A stretch of 29,583 nt of DNA, taken from Minisyncoccota bacterium (GTDB lineage Bacteria; Patescibacteriota; Minisyncoccia; UBA11713; 2-01-FULL-45-33). The notes under the pieces are model-generated. The model was not told the DNA's origin. It saw nothing but the letters and a program-made list of their open reading frames with translations, and ran no database searches. Shown here in pieces: positions 18,238-26,521 of the stretch. The stretch spans positions 1 to 29,583 of the forward strand of contig DATDWI010000058.1 of NCBI GenBank assembly GCA_036517415.1, in the 5' to 3' direction. The position numbers and the translations under genes are program-made. Within the stretch, counting starts at the first letter, position 1. The number at the start of each line of letters is the position of its first letter.

Positions 18238-18317
18238 GATATGTCTGTGGATAACATCCGTAAGGCAAATCGAGTAGTGGATGAAATATAAAAGATATCG
18301 TGGGGCACGAGGACGAT

Positions 18318-18824
18318 ATGAAAATAATAAAACAATCAACATATGAAACCTGTTTGGCATCTGATTTACTGATGTTAATAGATGAATCATGGAGTAGGAG
18401 TAAAGAAATAGAAATCTGGAAACACGGTTGGGGATTTAATTATCTGATCGGTCAGCTGAATTATGTTGCGAAAAAGTACAAGAAAGGTTTCGAAGTGTAT
18501 ATTGAGAGCCAGTATTATTTTAGAGAGTTAAGAAGAGAAAAAAGTCAAGGAATAGAGTTAGTGAACTCGAAAATAGATATGCGACTAATAAAAAAGTTGT
18601 TAAAAAGTGGCTTTGTTATTGTATATTTGGACAATTATTATCTTCAGAAAATAGTTCATGCACCACATTTTGTACTAGCAGAAAGATATAAAGACGATAC
18701 TATAGAAATAGCTAATCCATACGATGGCAAAAGAAAAAAGATATCGAGCGAGATTATCCAAAAAGCCATTATTAGCTTGAGGAATCACTTAAGATATAGC
18801 CCAGTATTAGTCCGCGTGTTGTAG
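18318..18824 (+). CDS. Peptidase C39-like (papain-fold) protein
   Basis: QSTYETC (Q-x5-C), HAPHFVL, IANPYDG; GAGGA SD upstream; AT-rich. Confidence 0.6.
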   Translation: MKIIKQSTYETCLASDLLMLIDESWSRSKEIEIWKHGWGFNYLIGQLNYVAKKYKKGFEVYIESQYYFRELRREKSQGIELVNSKIDMRLIKKLLKSGFVIVYLDNYYLQKIVHAPHFVLAERYKDDTIEIANPYDGKRKKISSEIIQKAIISLRNHLRYSPVLVRVL

Positions 18825-18950
18825 TGAATAAAGTGGAAAGGTATTACGGGACGTACGGAGAAAAGATACTAGACGATCATTAAAAAGGGAAATGTGAATA
18901 ACCTGTGAATTAAAAAGGCGAGAAAATATAAAAACCATTGATTATTAAGC

Positions 18951-18983
18951 ACAAAATAGCCCATCGGTGGGCTATTTTGTTTT
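18951..18983. terminator. Intrinsic terminator before the mraZ promoter
   Basis: ACAAAATAGCCCA-TCGG-TGGGCTATTTTGT then TTT. Confidence 0.75.
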
Positions 18984-18994
18984 AGTTGAATTAT

Positions 18995-19066
18995 TTGCAC
19001 TATAAAGTATAGTGGGATAGAATATTAATGAGGTGGGAAAAAGTGGATAAAGCTGTGGATATGTGG
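18995..19066 (+). promoter_or_regulatory. dcw promoter with putative MraZ boxes
   Basis: TTGCAC (18995), 17 bp, TAGAAT (19018); GTGG at 19012, 19033, 19043, 19055, 19063, mostly in ~10-bp phase as known for MraZ operators. Confidence 0.7.
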
Positions 19067-19080
19067 ATAACCTTATCTTT

Positions 19081-19515
19081 ATGCTCATCGGCGAATACTT
19101 ACATACCATTGACCAAAAAAACCGGCTCTCCATTCCTTCGAAGTTTCGCAAGGAATTGGGAAAAACAGTGATAGTAACGCGCGGATTAGATCAATGCCTG
19201 TTTCTCTACGGAATCGAAGAATGGAACCGCTTGGCAGAAAAACTTGCGCAACTGCCATGGGGCAAAGCAGAAACGCGCAGTTTCGTTCGAGCCATGATCG
19301 CTGGGGCAATGGATATAGATATTGATGCATTAGGACGTATTTTGCTTCCCGACTATCTCAAACAATACGGAAAACTTGAAGGAGAAGCAATGGTCGTAGG
19401 ACTGTATAATCGAGTGGAAATTTGGCATCCGGAACTTTGGAAGTCGTATGCGGAGGGAGCCGAGCGGCAAGCAGAGATGATCGCGGAAAAGTTAGGAGAA
19501 TTAGGAATGTATTAA
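19081..19515 (+). CDS. mraZ: Division/cell-wall cluster repressor MraZ
   Basis: MLIGEYLHTIDQKNRLSIPSKFR, DALGRILLP, RVEIW. Confidence 0.96.
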   Translation: MLIGEYLHTIDQKNRLSIPSKFRKELGKTVIVTRGLDQCLFLYGIEEWNRLAEKLAQLPWGKAETRSFVRAMIAGAMDIDIDALGRILLPDYLKQYGKLEGEAMVVGLYNRVEIWHPELWKSYAEGAERQAEMIAEKLGELGMY

Positions 19516-20427
19516 ATGAATCCTGCGAGAAATGCACGGCACATTCCGGTATTGGCAAGCGAAGTACAAGCACTTTTACATGTACAACCAGGAGACACAA
19601 TAGTAGACGCAACACTAGACGGCGGCGGACATACAGAATTATTGCTCACATCGGTGGCACCAAACGGCAGAGTTCTTGGTATCGAACAAGATCCCGATAT
19701 GGTGGGTTTTATGAACGAGCGAATCAAACATGAAAGCGGCGTGTGGAAAAATTTAATCGTCCATCATGGCAATTTTCGCGATATCGCTGCAATTGTTGCT
19801 TCACACAACATACACAGTATTACGGGAGTATTATTTGATCTTGGTGTATCGCGATGGCATTTCATAGAAAGTGGGCGCGGATTTTCGTTCCAAAATCCCG
19901 ACGAACCACTGTCCATGGCGCTCGCAAAAAACAATGCAATGTCGGCGGCTCGGATACTCAACAGCAGCCCAGAAACAGAATTAGAAAATATCATCAGGGT
20001 ATATGGGGAGGAGCGAAGAGCGCAGCAGATTGCAAAAGCCATCGTGATGTTTCGAAGAAAAAAGCGGCTTGTTGCGGTTGAGGATTTGCTCTTATCGCTT
20101 GAGCCGGTGTTGGGGACAAAGCGCAAAGGAAAAATGCATCCTGCCACAAAAACATTTCAAGCGTTCCGGATTGCGGTAAATGACGAATTGGGAGCGCTGC
20201 GCGAAGGCCTTGCGGGCACAGGGAAAATATTGCGCTCCGGCGGCCGACTGGTTGTTATTTCGTACCATTCGTTAGAAGACCGTATTGTTAAACAGATATT
20301 TCGTACATGGTCCGCACAAAAAATGGGTAATCTGTTAAATAAAAAACCTATTACGCCATCTCGGGAAGAGATTTTTAATAACCCAAGCGCGCGCAGCGCA
20401 AAGCTTCGCGCCATCCAAAAACTATGA
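19516..20427 (+). CDS. rsmH: 16S rRNA m4C1402 methyltransferase
   Basis: HIPVL, DATLDGGGH, DLGVS, HPATKTFQAFRIAVN, YHSLEDRIVK, NPSARSAKLR. Confidence 0.97.
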   Translation: MNPARNARHIPVLASEVQALLHVQPGDTIVDATLDGGGHTELLLTSVAPNGRVLGIEQDPDMVGFMNERIKHESGVWKNLIVHHGNFRDIAAIVASHNIHSITGVLFDLGVSRWHFIESGRGFSFQNPDEPLSMALAKNNAMSAARILNSSPETELENIIRVYGEERRAQQIAKAIVMFRRKKRLVAVEDLLLSLEPVLGTKRKGKMHPATKTFQAFRIAVNDELGALREGLAGTGKILRSGGRLVVISYHSLEDRIVKQIFRTWSAQKMGNLLNKKPITPSREEIFNNPSARSAKLRAIQKL

Positions 20428-20813
20428 GTGTTCTGGAAGCCACAATTTTTTATACACGAGCGTATACACAGGATTTAAAAGATGATGTGGTCTTCGGCGG
20501 CCGGACAATTTCGTATTCAACACGTCGCATAATTGGATATGTTACGGTGGGCAGCGTATGCGCGCTCGGAGTGCTCTATATTTATTTAGTGGGCAGTGTC
20601 ATTGGATCTGGTTTTGCCCAAGAGAGCTTGCGGGAACAACATGAGGCATTGTATGCGCAAGTCCAAAATACAGAGCGCGCGGCATTACAAGAGGGAAAAG
20701 TACTCACTTCAGAATTTTTTGTATCTAAGGGATATTATGAGCCACGCTTGCTGGAGACCATAACACGAAATCGCAATGTTGCAGAAGCACCGCACGACAG
20801 CTATTTCTATTAA
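20424..20813 (+). CDS. FtsL-like single-pass membrane protein
   Basis: One TM helix followed by a short helical segment; lies between rsmH and ftsI. Confidence 0.55.
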   Translation: MSVLEATIFYTRAYTQDLKDDVVFGGRTISYSTRRIIGYVTVGSVCALGVLYIYLVGSVIGSGFAQESLREQHEALYAQVQNTERAALQEGKVLTSEFFVSKGYYEPRLLETITRNRNVAEAPHDSYFY

Positions 20814-22524
20814 TTTTATCAATCGGCGCATTCTTGTATTGAGCATTGTCGTCTTCGGCGTAGCAAGTGCCATCGGAGGACGATTTTTTTTTCTTCAAAT
20901 TCTTCGCAACGATGTATACGTAGATTTGGCGCGTCGCCAGCAGCAATATACGGTATCACCGGAACCAACTCGTGGAACTATTTATATGCGCGACGATAAA
21001 ACCGGGAAATTTGTTCGTGTCGCAACAACCCAAAATGGGTACATACTCTACCTTGATAATCGCACATTTTCCCATGATCGCGCCGACGAGGTATTCACCG
21101 CGCTCGATGCGATAACACCGATTGATCGAGGTCGTTATAACACCATTATACAAAAAAAAGACGATCCGTATGAAATACTCAAATCTCGGCTTACCTATGA
21201 CGAAGGAGAGCGGGTGTTGGCGCTCACGATCCCCGGCGTTGGACTTGTCCCGCACGCATGGCGATTGTATCCGGGAGATACATTAGCAAGCCACGTCATT
21301 GGTTTTGTGTCACATGCAGCAGAAAATCCAACGGGACAATATGGGGTTGAAAAATACTACGAAAACGAACTCCGTGGCATAACACGGTCACTGCTTCAAG
21401 AACGTGATGCGCGAGGATTATTGATTGCACTCGGCGAACAATTTCAAACGCCGTCGTACGAGGGGCAAGATATTATGTTGACCATCGAACCATCGCTCCA
21501 ACAAGCAACCGAAGAAGAACTTCAGGAACTCATAGAACGCTGGCGCGCAGTGCAAGGTGGAATTATCGTCGTAGAGCCAAAAACAGGAAAAATAAAAGCT
21601 CTTGCGGCATACCCGTTTTTTAATCCGAATGAATATTTTGTGGAACAAAATTTTAATGCGTTTTTAAATCCTTTTGTTGAAAAAATTTTCGAGCTCGGTT
21701 CTGTTTTTAAGCCCATCACCATGGCTGCGGCGCTTGATGTAGGAGCGGTTACTCCAGAAACAATGTATGTGGATCAAGGAGAGGTGCGAATAGGGTCGGT
21801 AGTCATTAAGAATTTTGATGGCAAGGCGCGCGGTAAACAAACCATGACGCAGGTATTGCAAGAATCTCTGAACACCGGCGCGGTATTTGCTATGCAGCGT
21901 CTCGGAACAGAACGATTCCGGGAATATTTTTATCGGTTTGGTTTTGGAGAAAAACTTGGTATTGATTTGCCCGGCGAGGTAGCGGGAAACATCAAAAATT
22001 TAGAAAGCACCCGAGAAGTTGAATTTGCTACCGCATCATTCGGGCAAGGTATTGCCGTGACTCCGTTGCGGCTTACGATGGCGTTGTCATCATTGGCGAA
22101 TGGTGGTATGTTGATGCAGCCCTATGTGCGTGAAATACATTCCGATGGAACGTTCCGACAGCCAATGGTGATCCGCCAAGTCATTTCGCCAGAAACATCG
22201 CGCACCATCAGCCGGATGCTGGTTGAGGTAGTGGACACAACGCTTGCCGGAGGTGCCGCAAAAAGGCCGGGATATTCCATTGCGGCAAAAACAGGAACAG
22301 CGCAAATTCCACGAAGCGATGGGCGTGGATATGAAGAGACAGAATTTCTGCACGCATTTTTTGGATATTTTCCTGCTTATGATGCGAGATTTTTGATATT
22401 TATATTTCTCGAACGCCCACAAGGGGTGCGATACGCGTCGCAATCGCTTACCGAATCGTTCCGGTCACTGACCGATTTTTTAATTAATTATTATACGATA
22501 CCGCCCGATCGCGCTGATCAATAA
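20776..22524 (+). CDS. ftsI: Class B penicillin-binding protein (FtsI/PBP3-like)
   Basis: RGTIYMRD, ELGSVFK (SxxK), SLN (SxN), SFGQG, KTGTAQ; dcw context. Confidence 0.88.
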   Translation: MLQKHRTTAISINFINRRILVLSIVVFGVASAIGGRFFFLQILRNDVYVDLARRQQQYTVSPEPTRGTIYMRDDKTGKFVRVATTQNGYILYLDNRTFSHDRADEVFTALDAITPIDRGRYNTIIQKKDDPYEILKSRLTYDEGERVLALTIPGVGLVPHAWRLYPGDTLASHVIGFVSHAAENPTGQYGVEKYYENELRGITRSLLQERDARGLLIALGEQFQTPSYEGQDIMLTIEPSLQQATEEELQELIERWRAVQGGIIVVEPKTGKIKALAAYPFFNPNEYFVEQNFNAFLNPFVEKIFELGSVFKPITMAAALDVGAVTPETMYVDQGEVRIGSVVIKNFDGKARGKQTMTQVLQESLNTGAVFAMQRLGTERFREYFYRFGFGEKLGIDLPGEVAGNIKNLESTREVEFATASFGQGIAVTPLRLTMALSSLANGGMLMQPYVREIHSDGTFRQPMVIRQVISPETSRTISRMLVEVVDTTLAGGAAKRPGYSIAAKTGTAQIPRSDGRGYEETEFLHAFFGYFPAYDARFLIFIFLERPQGVRYASQSLTESFRSLTDFLINYYTIPPDRADQ

Positions 22525-22528
22525 TGCT

Positions 22529-23791
22529 ATGGATATTGCAAAAAAAATTGTTATAAAACTTATTTCCGCGGAGGCGCGCTGGGCGCTGCGGCGGTGGCGC
22601 GCGCGTGTGGTTGGAATAACCGGGTCGGTAGGGAAATCTTCTACCAAAGAGGCAATCGCCACAGTATTGGAGAGCAAATACCGTGTTCGCAAAAGTACCA
22701 AGAGCTACAACAGCGAAATCGGTCTTTCTCTTGCGGTATTGGGGCTCGAAACGGCATGGCACAGTTGGAGCGGATGGATGCGCAATATCATACAAGGATT
22801 GCAAGCAGTGTATACCAAACACCCGCCGGAAATTTTAGTGCTGGAGATGGGGGTTGACCGGCCACAAGATATGGACCGATTATTGGGTATTGTGCGGCCG
22901 GATATCGCCGTGATTACGGCGATCGGCGAGGTACCAGTCCATGTGGAGTTTTTTCCCGACGTCGAAGATATCGCGCGCGAGAAAAGTAAATTAGTACGGC
23001 AGCTTTCCGCAAGCGGATGGGCGGTACTCAATACCGATGACCTTGTTGTTCATACTATGAGAGAAAAAACAAACGCATCTATTTGTACCTATGGATTTTC
23101 TGAAGGCGCGAATTTGTTGGCGTCAAATTATAAAATATCCGAAGAGGGGATCGCGTTGAAGGTTGATTATAAAGGCGCTTCGGTGCCCGTGCGGCTTCAT
23201 GAAATGTATGGTAGACAGCAAGCATATGCAGCGCTTGCGGCAATGGCAACCGCGACGCTTTTTGATATGAATCTGATTGAATCAGCGCAGGCGCTCCATC
23301 GTTATACATCTCCTCCTGGACGCTTGCGGCGCATTGAAGGTATTAAAGGCAGTGCTATTTTAGATGATACGTATAACGCGTCTCCGCTTGCAACCACGGC
23401 GGCGTTCGATGTGGTACAAGAGCTTCCTGCAAAGCGGAAAATAGTTGTCTTTGGCGACATGCTCGAATTAGGAAAATACGCGATTGAGGAGCACCAAAAA
23501 ATTGGCACTCGCGCTCTATGTGCCGATTATCTCATCACTGTGGGCCCAAGAGCAAAATTTGCATACGAGTCCGCTATTTCTGCCGGCATGAAACAAGAAC
23601 AAGCGCTGTGGTTTCCCACGGCACACGAAGCGCTCTCGGTGCTAAAGCCGCTTATTGAGGAAGGAGATTTAATTTTGGTCAAAGGGTCTCAATCTATGCG
23701 CATGGAGCGCATTGTTGAAGAAATCATGGCACATCCCGAGCACGCATCGGAGCTTTTATGCAGACAGGACGACTATTGGAAAGCGCATTAA
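22529..23791 (+). CDS. murF: UDP-MurNAc-tripeptide--D-Ala-D-Ala ligase
   Basis: GITGSVGKSSTKE, SYNSEIG, LEMGVD, DDTYNASP, GDMLELG, LVKGSQ. Confidence 0.93.
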   Translation: MDIAKKIVIKLISAEARWALRRWRARVVGITGSVGKSSTKEAIATVLESKYRVRKSTKSYNSEIGLSLAVLGLETAWHSWSGWMRNIIQGLQAVYTKHPPEILVLEMGVDRPQDMDRLLGIVRPDIAVITAIGEVPVHVEFFPDVEDIAREKSKLVRQLSASGWAVLNTDDLVVHTMREKTNASICTYGFSEGANLLASNYKISEEGIALKVDYKGASVPVRLHEMYGRQQAYAALAAMATATLFDMNLIESAQALHRYTSPPGRLRRIEGIKGSAILDDTYNASPLATTAAFDVVQELPAKRKIVVFGDMLELGKYAIEEHQKIGTRALCADYLITVGPRAKFAYESAISAGMKQEQALWFPTAHEALSVLKPLIEEGDLILVKGSQSMRMERIVEEIMAHPEHASELLCRQDDYWKAH

Positions 23792-23841
23792 AGTCAAAAA
23801 GATATAGCGCGACTGCATTTTTTATGATATAAATTTGATAT

Positions 23842-23916
23842 GCTCCTGTCGTCTAGGCCGGTCTAGGACACACGGTTCTCATCCGTGGAACTCGGGTTCA
23901 AATCCCGACGGGAGCG
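23842..23916 (+). tRNA. tRNA-Glu(CTC), CCA not encoded
   Basis: Acceptor GCTCCTG/CGGGAGC; anticodon arm CACGG-TTCTCAT-CCGTG; T arm TCGGG-TTCAAAT-CCCGA. Confidence 0.95.
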
Positions 23917-23941
23917 CTGTGTTAAACTTTTATCGGGAAAC

Positions 23942-24038
23942 CAAGCCACTTTAAAAAGTCCCTGAGCGTGTATCAGGGACTTTGGCTTGTCTTGATTAAG
24001 CCAGAAGCAGATCGGAGCACCCAACGCTCAGACTTTTT
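23942..24038. other. Structured intergenic element with alternative pairings
   Basis: 11-bp hairpin 23955-23983, plus a competing inverted repeat 23953-23969 / 24024-24038. Confidence 0.5.
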
Positions 24039-24068
24039 TTATTAATTCTGCAGTGATATACTCAAGAT

Positions 24069-25145
24069 ATGAACACTCTATTGATGTTGGTTGCTACAGT
24101 CAGCGTTGTTTTTGTCACGGCCATTATTGTGCGGTTTCTTTCTAAAAAGACGGGTCAGCCAAAAATTCCCGATCAGGGGGTGTTGTTACTACAAAATCAG
24201 TTAAGCGAACTTACACGCGTCATTGACCAAAAACTTGGATCGGTGGATCAAAAAGTGCTCGAATCGGCGCGCGCGATGCAGCAGCAGATGCAGCAGCAAT
24301 TTGGCGAATCAACGCGTATTATTAAAGAAATTACCCAAGAGCTCGTACGCGTCGGGGAGGGGCAAAAACAGGTTATGACGGTAACTGAACAACTGCAAAA
24401 CCTGCAGGATATTTTAAAAAATCCAAAGCAGCGCGGCGTATTGGGTGAATATTATCTTCAAGCGGTTTTGGAGAATGTTTTGCCGCCCGGAAGTTATCAA
24501 ATGCAGTATGCGTTTTCTGATGGCACAATCGTGGATGCAGTAATTTTCGTAAAAGACAAAATTATTTCGATTGATTCCAAGTTTTCACTCGAAAATTATA
24601 ACCGCATTATCCAAGAACACGACCAGGGAGAGCGCGAGCGACTGGAAAAACTTTTTAAACAGGACTTAAAAAATCGGATTGACGAGACGGCAAAATATGT
24701 AAAACCGGAGGAGCGGACGATGGACTTTGCGTTTATGTTTATTCCAGCGGAGGCAATTTATTATGATTTATTGGTCAATCAAGTGGGCGCCGTAAAAACA
24801 AACACCCGCGATTTGATAGAATATGCATTTTCGCGTAAAGTCATTATTGTCTCTCCCACGTCGTTTTTAGCGTACTTACAAACGGTTCTTCAAGGACTCC
24901 GTGCGCTGCAAATCGAAGAATCCGCAAAAGAAATCAGAAAACGCGTGGAGGAACTCGGCAAACATCTGCTTTCGTATGAGGACTTTATGACGAAGGTAGG
25001 TAAGAATTTAGCTACGACAGTAAATGCGTTCAATGGCGCGCAAAAAGAGTTTAAAAAAATTGATAAAGATGTTGTACGCATCACAGGAAGTACTATTGGC
25101 ATCGCAGAGCCTTTGGCACTTGAAAAACCAGAAGAAGTAGTGTAG
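24069..25145 (+). CDS. rmuC: DNA recombination protein RmuC
   Basis: KNPKQRGVLGEYYL, IDSKFSLENY, FAFMFIPAEAIYY, VSPTSF; extended -10 TGATATACT at 24054-24062. Confidence 0.93.
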   Translation: MNTLLMLVATVSVVFVTAIIVRFLSKKTGQPKIPDQGVLLLQNQLSELTRVIDQKLGSVDQKVLESARAMQQQMQQQFGESTRIIKEITQELVRVGEGQKQVMTVTEQLQNLQDILKNPKQRGVLGEYYLQAVLENVLPPGSYQMQYAFSDGTIVDAVIFVKDKIISIDSKFSLENYNRIIQEHDQGERERLEKLFKQDLKNRIDETAKYVKPEERTMDFAFMFIPAEAIYYDLLVNQVGAVKTNTRDLIEYAFSRKVIIVSPTSFLAYLQTVLQGLRALQIEESAKEIRKRVEELGKHLLSYEDFMTKVGKNLATTVNAFNGAQKEFKKIDKDVVRITGSTIGIAEPLALEKPEEVV

Positions 25146-25155
25146 TATTTCAAAT

Positions 25156-25467
25156 ATGGCAAAACTTGCCGTTATTGAAACCGGAGGCAAGCAGTATCTT
25201 GTCTCGGAAGGCAAAAAAATTCAAACGGAGAAACTCCCATACAAAACAGGGGAGCAGTTTTCGTTTGATAAAGTGTTAATGGTAGCGGACGGCGATACGG
25301 TAAACATCGGCAAGCCCTATTATGACGCCGAGGTCACCGCAGAATTGATAGAGCAAAAGCGCTTGCCAAAAGTTGTTATCCGAAAATACCACAGCAAAAC
25401 CCGCTATCGCAAAGTCAAAGGCCACCGACAACCCATTTCGATTGTCAAAATTCTTGCAATAAAATAA
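25156..25467 (+). CDS. rplU: 50S ribosomal protein L21
   Basis: AVIETGGKQYLVSEG, YRKVKGHRQP. Confidence 0.96.
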   Translation: MAKLAVIETGGKQYLVSEGKKIQTEKLPYKTGEQFSFDKVLMVADGDTVNIGKPYYDAEVTAELIEQKRLPKVVIRKYHSKTRYRKVKGHRQPISIVKILAIK

Positions 25468-25493
25468 CGGCTCCGTGTGTTGTGCGGAACCGT
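25467..25493 (-). terminator. Possible terminator at the convergence point
   Basis: Imperfect stem ACGG-C-TCCG / CGGA-A-CCGT; followed by TATTTT on the - strand. Confidence 0.35.
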
Positions 25494-25518
25494 CGCTGGC
25501 TGATTGTAACCTATTTTA

Positions 25519-25785
25519 CTACAGATAGAGCCAACACTCCTGTTTGAATTCATGGTGCTGGCTGTGTAGCACATGGCCATACATTGGATTTCCTTCAGAA
25601 ATTATTTCAACATTCAGTATATTGTATTTCCCTCGTTTTGACCCGATCCATTGAAACGGAAGTGGAAGCAGAAAATCGCCGTCTCGTTTAATATACACAT
25701 TCATATGGTCTGATTCTGTAAACGTTACAAACTCTACTTTCAACAAACATCGATCTTTGCCATGGACTTTTATTTTCAGCGTCAT
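25519..25785 (-). CDS. Hypothetical 88-aa protein
   Basis: AAAGGAGAGG upstream of the ATG; fills the gap between recR and rplU; no motif recognised. Confidence 0.5.
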   Translation of the reverse strand: MTLKIKVHGKDRCLLKVEFVTFTESDHMNVYIKRDGDFLLPLPFQWIGSKRGKYNILNVEIISEGNPMYGHVLHSQHHEFKQECWLYL

Positions 25786-25826
25786 CTGCCTCTCCTTTCG
25801 TATTTCTGTAAATATCCTAGCGCGCT

Positions 25827-26516
25827 TTACTTTCTATTGTCAAGCGCTTGTTTGAGGGTTAGTTCGTCCGCATATTCAAGCTCCATGCCAGTAGCGAGCC
25901 CGCGGCCGAGGCGTGTTATGTTCAGCTTAGCGGTCCGGCCGCTCAGTAAGGGTTCAAGGACTTTTTTTATGTATTGTGCGGTAAATTCACCCATTTTGGT
26001 AGGCGAGAGGGCGAGAATAATTTCGAGGTTTGTGATGATATTACGCGTAAATTTTTTAACACCGGGTGTGTTCCCGTCGCTTTGCTCCTCCTCAACACCC
26101 AGTGTTTTAATGCGCTCATAGAGCGCTTTAATGCGTTCGCGCACAACGCTGTATTCTTGCAAAGGGTCGAGCGTCCCACCCGTAACATGGTATAGTCCAT
26201 GGTATATTCCTGATTTTTCGACATTCAGCAAGTCGCTATCGTGTTCGACAACCATTAGTAAAGCGCGGTCTCGTTTGGATGAAGGAAGACAAAACGAGCA
26301 TAGAGTTTCGCTGTCGCTGACCGGAAAGACACGAAAACACACATCGCATCTGCGCATACGCGATTGGAGCGCGAGAATAGTTTCCCCCAACACTTTTTGC
26401 TCGTCTGGTGAAAAATCCAACATCGCCCAAATAAAACGATTGGCTTGGCGCGGGCCAATGCCGGGGAATTTCTCAAATAATTTCCGTAATCCAACAAAAA
26501 ATTGCGAGTGTTCCAT
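25827..26516 (-). CDS. recR: Recombination mediator RecR with a Toprim-region insertion
   Basis: PGIGPRQANR, CDVC...CSFC zinc finger, YHGLYHVTGG, ITRLGRGLATGMELEYADELTL. Confidence 0.92.
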   Translation of the reverse strand: MEHSQFFVGLRKLFEKFPGIGPRQANRFIWAMLDFSPDEQKVLGETILALQSRMRRCDVCFRVFPVSDSETLCSFCLPSSKRDRALLMVVEHDSDLLNVEKSGIYHGLYHVTGGTLDPLQEYSVVRERIKALYERIKTLGVEEEQSDGNTPGVKKFTRNIITNLEIILALSPTKMGEFTAQYIKKVLEPLLSGRTAKLNITRLGRGLATGMELEYADELTLKQALDNRK

Positions 26517-26521
26517 CAAAG

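Larger units (their letters stand above)
18246..19070 (+). promoter_or_regulatory. Cluster of co-oriented DnaA-box-like 9-mers
   Basis: Consensus matches TGTGGATAA 18246, TGTGAATAA 18893, TGTGGATAA 19062; one-mismatch copies at 18823, 18904, 19042, 19054. Confidence 0.55.

Noticed and set aside
24277-24300. MQQQMQQQ repeat in rmuC
   Set aside because: Ordinary low-complexity coiled-coil sequence.
25467-25827. Strand switch as replication terminus
   Set aside because: A single convergence in 30 kb is not informative; no dif-like site recognised, and skew cannot be computed here.
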